The notes beneath the pieces were generated by a model, which worked only from the letters and a program-made list of their open reading frames with translations, did not search any database and was not told where the DNA came from. The position numbers and the translations under genes were made by a program. A stretch of 63,997 nt of DNA, filler included, from an uncultured bacterium (lineage in GTDB: Bacteria > CAZSTA01), in assembly GCA_964609495.1 (NCBI GenBank). It is 9 parts of 9 records of this genome, joined end to end, with 100 filler letters (N's around TTAATTAATTAA, not from the genome) between each part and the next. Parts side by side here need not be neighbours in the genome. Positions count along the whole stretch, not along the records: positions 59,113 to 63,997 come from CAZSTA010000239.1; 8 more parts are not named here. The stretch is one strand, 5' to 3'. Below are positions 62,703-63,997 of the stretch, piece by piece; the first letter of the stretch is position 1, and each line of letters begins with the position of its first letter.

Positions 62703-63806
62703 TTAATCATCTCCTTTTTTAACTTGATCTATAACTCCTCCCCCCAGCACCAATTCATCTTCGTAAAAGACGACGGATTGCCCAGGAGCTATAGCCCTCT
62801 GAGGCTCATCAAATTTCACAAGCACTGCGTCATCTGATAGAGGAGTAATGATGGCTTCTGCCTCTTCGGATCTATATCTGATCTTCGCTTTAGCTCTAAT
62901 CAGTTCCTCTGGGCGAGCGATAGAAAGCCAGTTCACAGGAGAAGCTATAAGAGCGGACTGAAAGGTATCCTCAGCAAAACCTAAAGTTATGATATTGCTA
63001 TTCTTATCTATATCAATAACATAAAGAGGACGAGAGTGAGATATACCCAAACCTCTTCGCTGACCTATCGTATAAAATGGGTAGCCTCTATGCTCTCCTA
63101 AGATACTGCCCTCTTTATCTCTGAAGTATCCTTTCTCTATTTTGAGGTTTACCCTTCCCCTCAAAAAAGCTCGATAATCGCTATCTGGGATAAAGCAGAT
63201 CTCTTGGCTCTCAGCCTTATCCGCTATAGCTAAATCCAATTCCTTAGCTTTGTCTCGGATTTCATCCTTAGTGTAGTCGCCTAGAGGCAAGAGTATATGT
63301 TTTAATTGGTCCTGAGTTAGATTATATAAAGCATAGGATTGATCTTTATGGACATCCTTTCCCTTCCTAAGGATATATCTTCCTCTTAGCTTATCATATT
63401 CGACCCTAGCATAATGACCAGTTGCTACATAATCCACCCCTAATCCCAAAGCTCGCTTTAACAATACTCCAAACTTTATCCTCTTGTTACATTCGATACA
63501 GGGATTGGGAGTTCTTCCCAAGAGATATTCCCGACAAAAGGGTTCAATTACCTCATTCTCAAATTCCTCGACCATATTCAATGTATAGTGAGGAAAGCCT
63601 AATTTCTGGGCTACGTTTCTGGCATCGAACACCGCTTGAGGAGAACAGCAGGCGCCGAATTTTCCTTCGAGATGGTCGGACTCTGTATAGGGCCATATTC
63701 GCAGAGTAACACCTATTACCTCATAACCTCTTTCCAAAAGTAAAGCCGCGGTTACGGAGGAATCCACTCCTCCACTCATCGCAACTAAAACCCTTCTTCT
63801 CTTAAT
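62703..63806 (-). CDS. mnmA: tRNA 2-thiouridine(34) synthase MnmA, with probable non-canonical ATT start
   Basis: RVLVAMSGGVDS, TPNPCIECN, ATGHY, KDQSY, ESQEICF, TIGQRRGLG and APGQSVVFY motifs. Confidence 0.95.
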   Translation of the reverse strand: MKRRRVLVAMSGGVDSSVTAALLLERGYEVIGVTLRIWPYTESDHLEGKFGACCSPQAVFDARNVAQKLGFPHYTLNMVEEFENEVIEPFCREYLLGRTPNPCIECNKRIKFGVLLKRALGLGVDYVATGHYARVEYDKLRGRYILRKGKDVHKDQSYALYNLTQDQLKHILLPLGDYTKDEIRDKAKELDLAIADKAESQEICFIPDSDYRAFLRGRVNLKIEKGYFRDKEGSILGEHRGYPFYTIGQRRGLGISHSRPLYVIDIDKNSNIITLGFAEDTFQSALIASPVNWLSIARPEELIRAKAKIRYRSEEAEAIITPLSDDAVLVKFDEPQRAIAPGQSVVFYEDELVLGGGVIDQVKKGDD

Positions 63807-63884
63807 AATTGTTCACCTCTACCTAATGATAGCATTTACATAATAACACACCAAGATAATTTTGTCAAGCTTATCTCTCTTTGG

Positions 63885-63953
63885 GGAAGCATATAAGATC
63901 GAGAGGCTGACATCTAATTTACTTTGTAATCACCCTCCCCTAACCCCTCCCGT
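63885..63953. mobile_element. Second copy of the MITE end, running into a REP-like module
   Basis: GGAAGCATATAAGATCGAGAGGCTGACATCTAATTT resembles the reverse complement of 30494-30529. Confidence 0.6.
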
Positions 63954-63997
63954 CAGGCACTGTAAAAAATAGAATGAAAAAAGTCGAAAATTTGCTG

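Overview
This is not one locus. It is nine unrelated pieces of a fragmented bacterial draft genome or MAG. Eight artificial 100-nt linkers (N44-TTAATTAATTAA-N44) join them, and the complete pieces run in descending size order (7492, 7442, 7402, 7151, 7138, 7111, 7072 bp). Two further plain 100-N scaffold gaps fall inside tandemly repeated genes. Gene neighbourhood is therefore meaningful only within a piece. The organism looks like a diderm, possibly anaerobic, uncultured bacterium (lnt, LpxB-like, LolA-like, a beta-barrel protein, ackA, a URO-D/MtaA-family enzyme). Content by piece: (1) glycosidase tail, sugar transporter, tautomerase, FxLYD-type protein and a giant TPR lipoprotein with at least 8 beta-rich repeats; (2) MCP, giant multi-Hpt CheA/ChpA-like protein, PilT, MgtC; (3) DUF401, URO-D family, liv-type ABC system; (4) four LolC/E-FtsX permeases with TetR and a LolA-like protein; (5) ackA and housekeeping enzymes; (6) hpf, secA, lnt, prfB with +1 frameshift; (7) DUF2089/SHOCT/DUF4097 operon, GNAT, rpmI-rplT; (8) degenerate Clp AAA domain, clpC, bactofilin; (9) beta-barrel, K+ channel, LpxB-like, mnmA. 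The strongest oddities are a CheA-like protein with a degenerate ATP site and mostly His-less Hpt repeats, the repeat-array TPR lipoprotein, a SecA with an 8-Cys insertion, an apparent AUU start for mnmA, an RCK channel with a TSGFE filter, a structured hpf leader, and MITE/REP-like intergenic repeats. I found no CRISPR array, tRNA, rRNA or transposase. All family calls come from motif recognition by eye, not from database searches.
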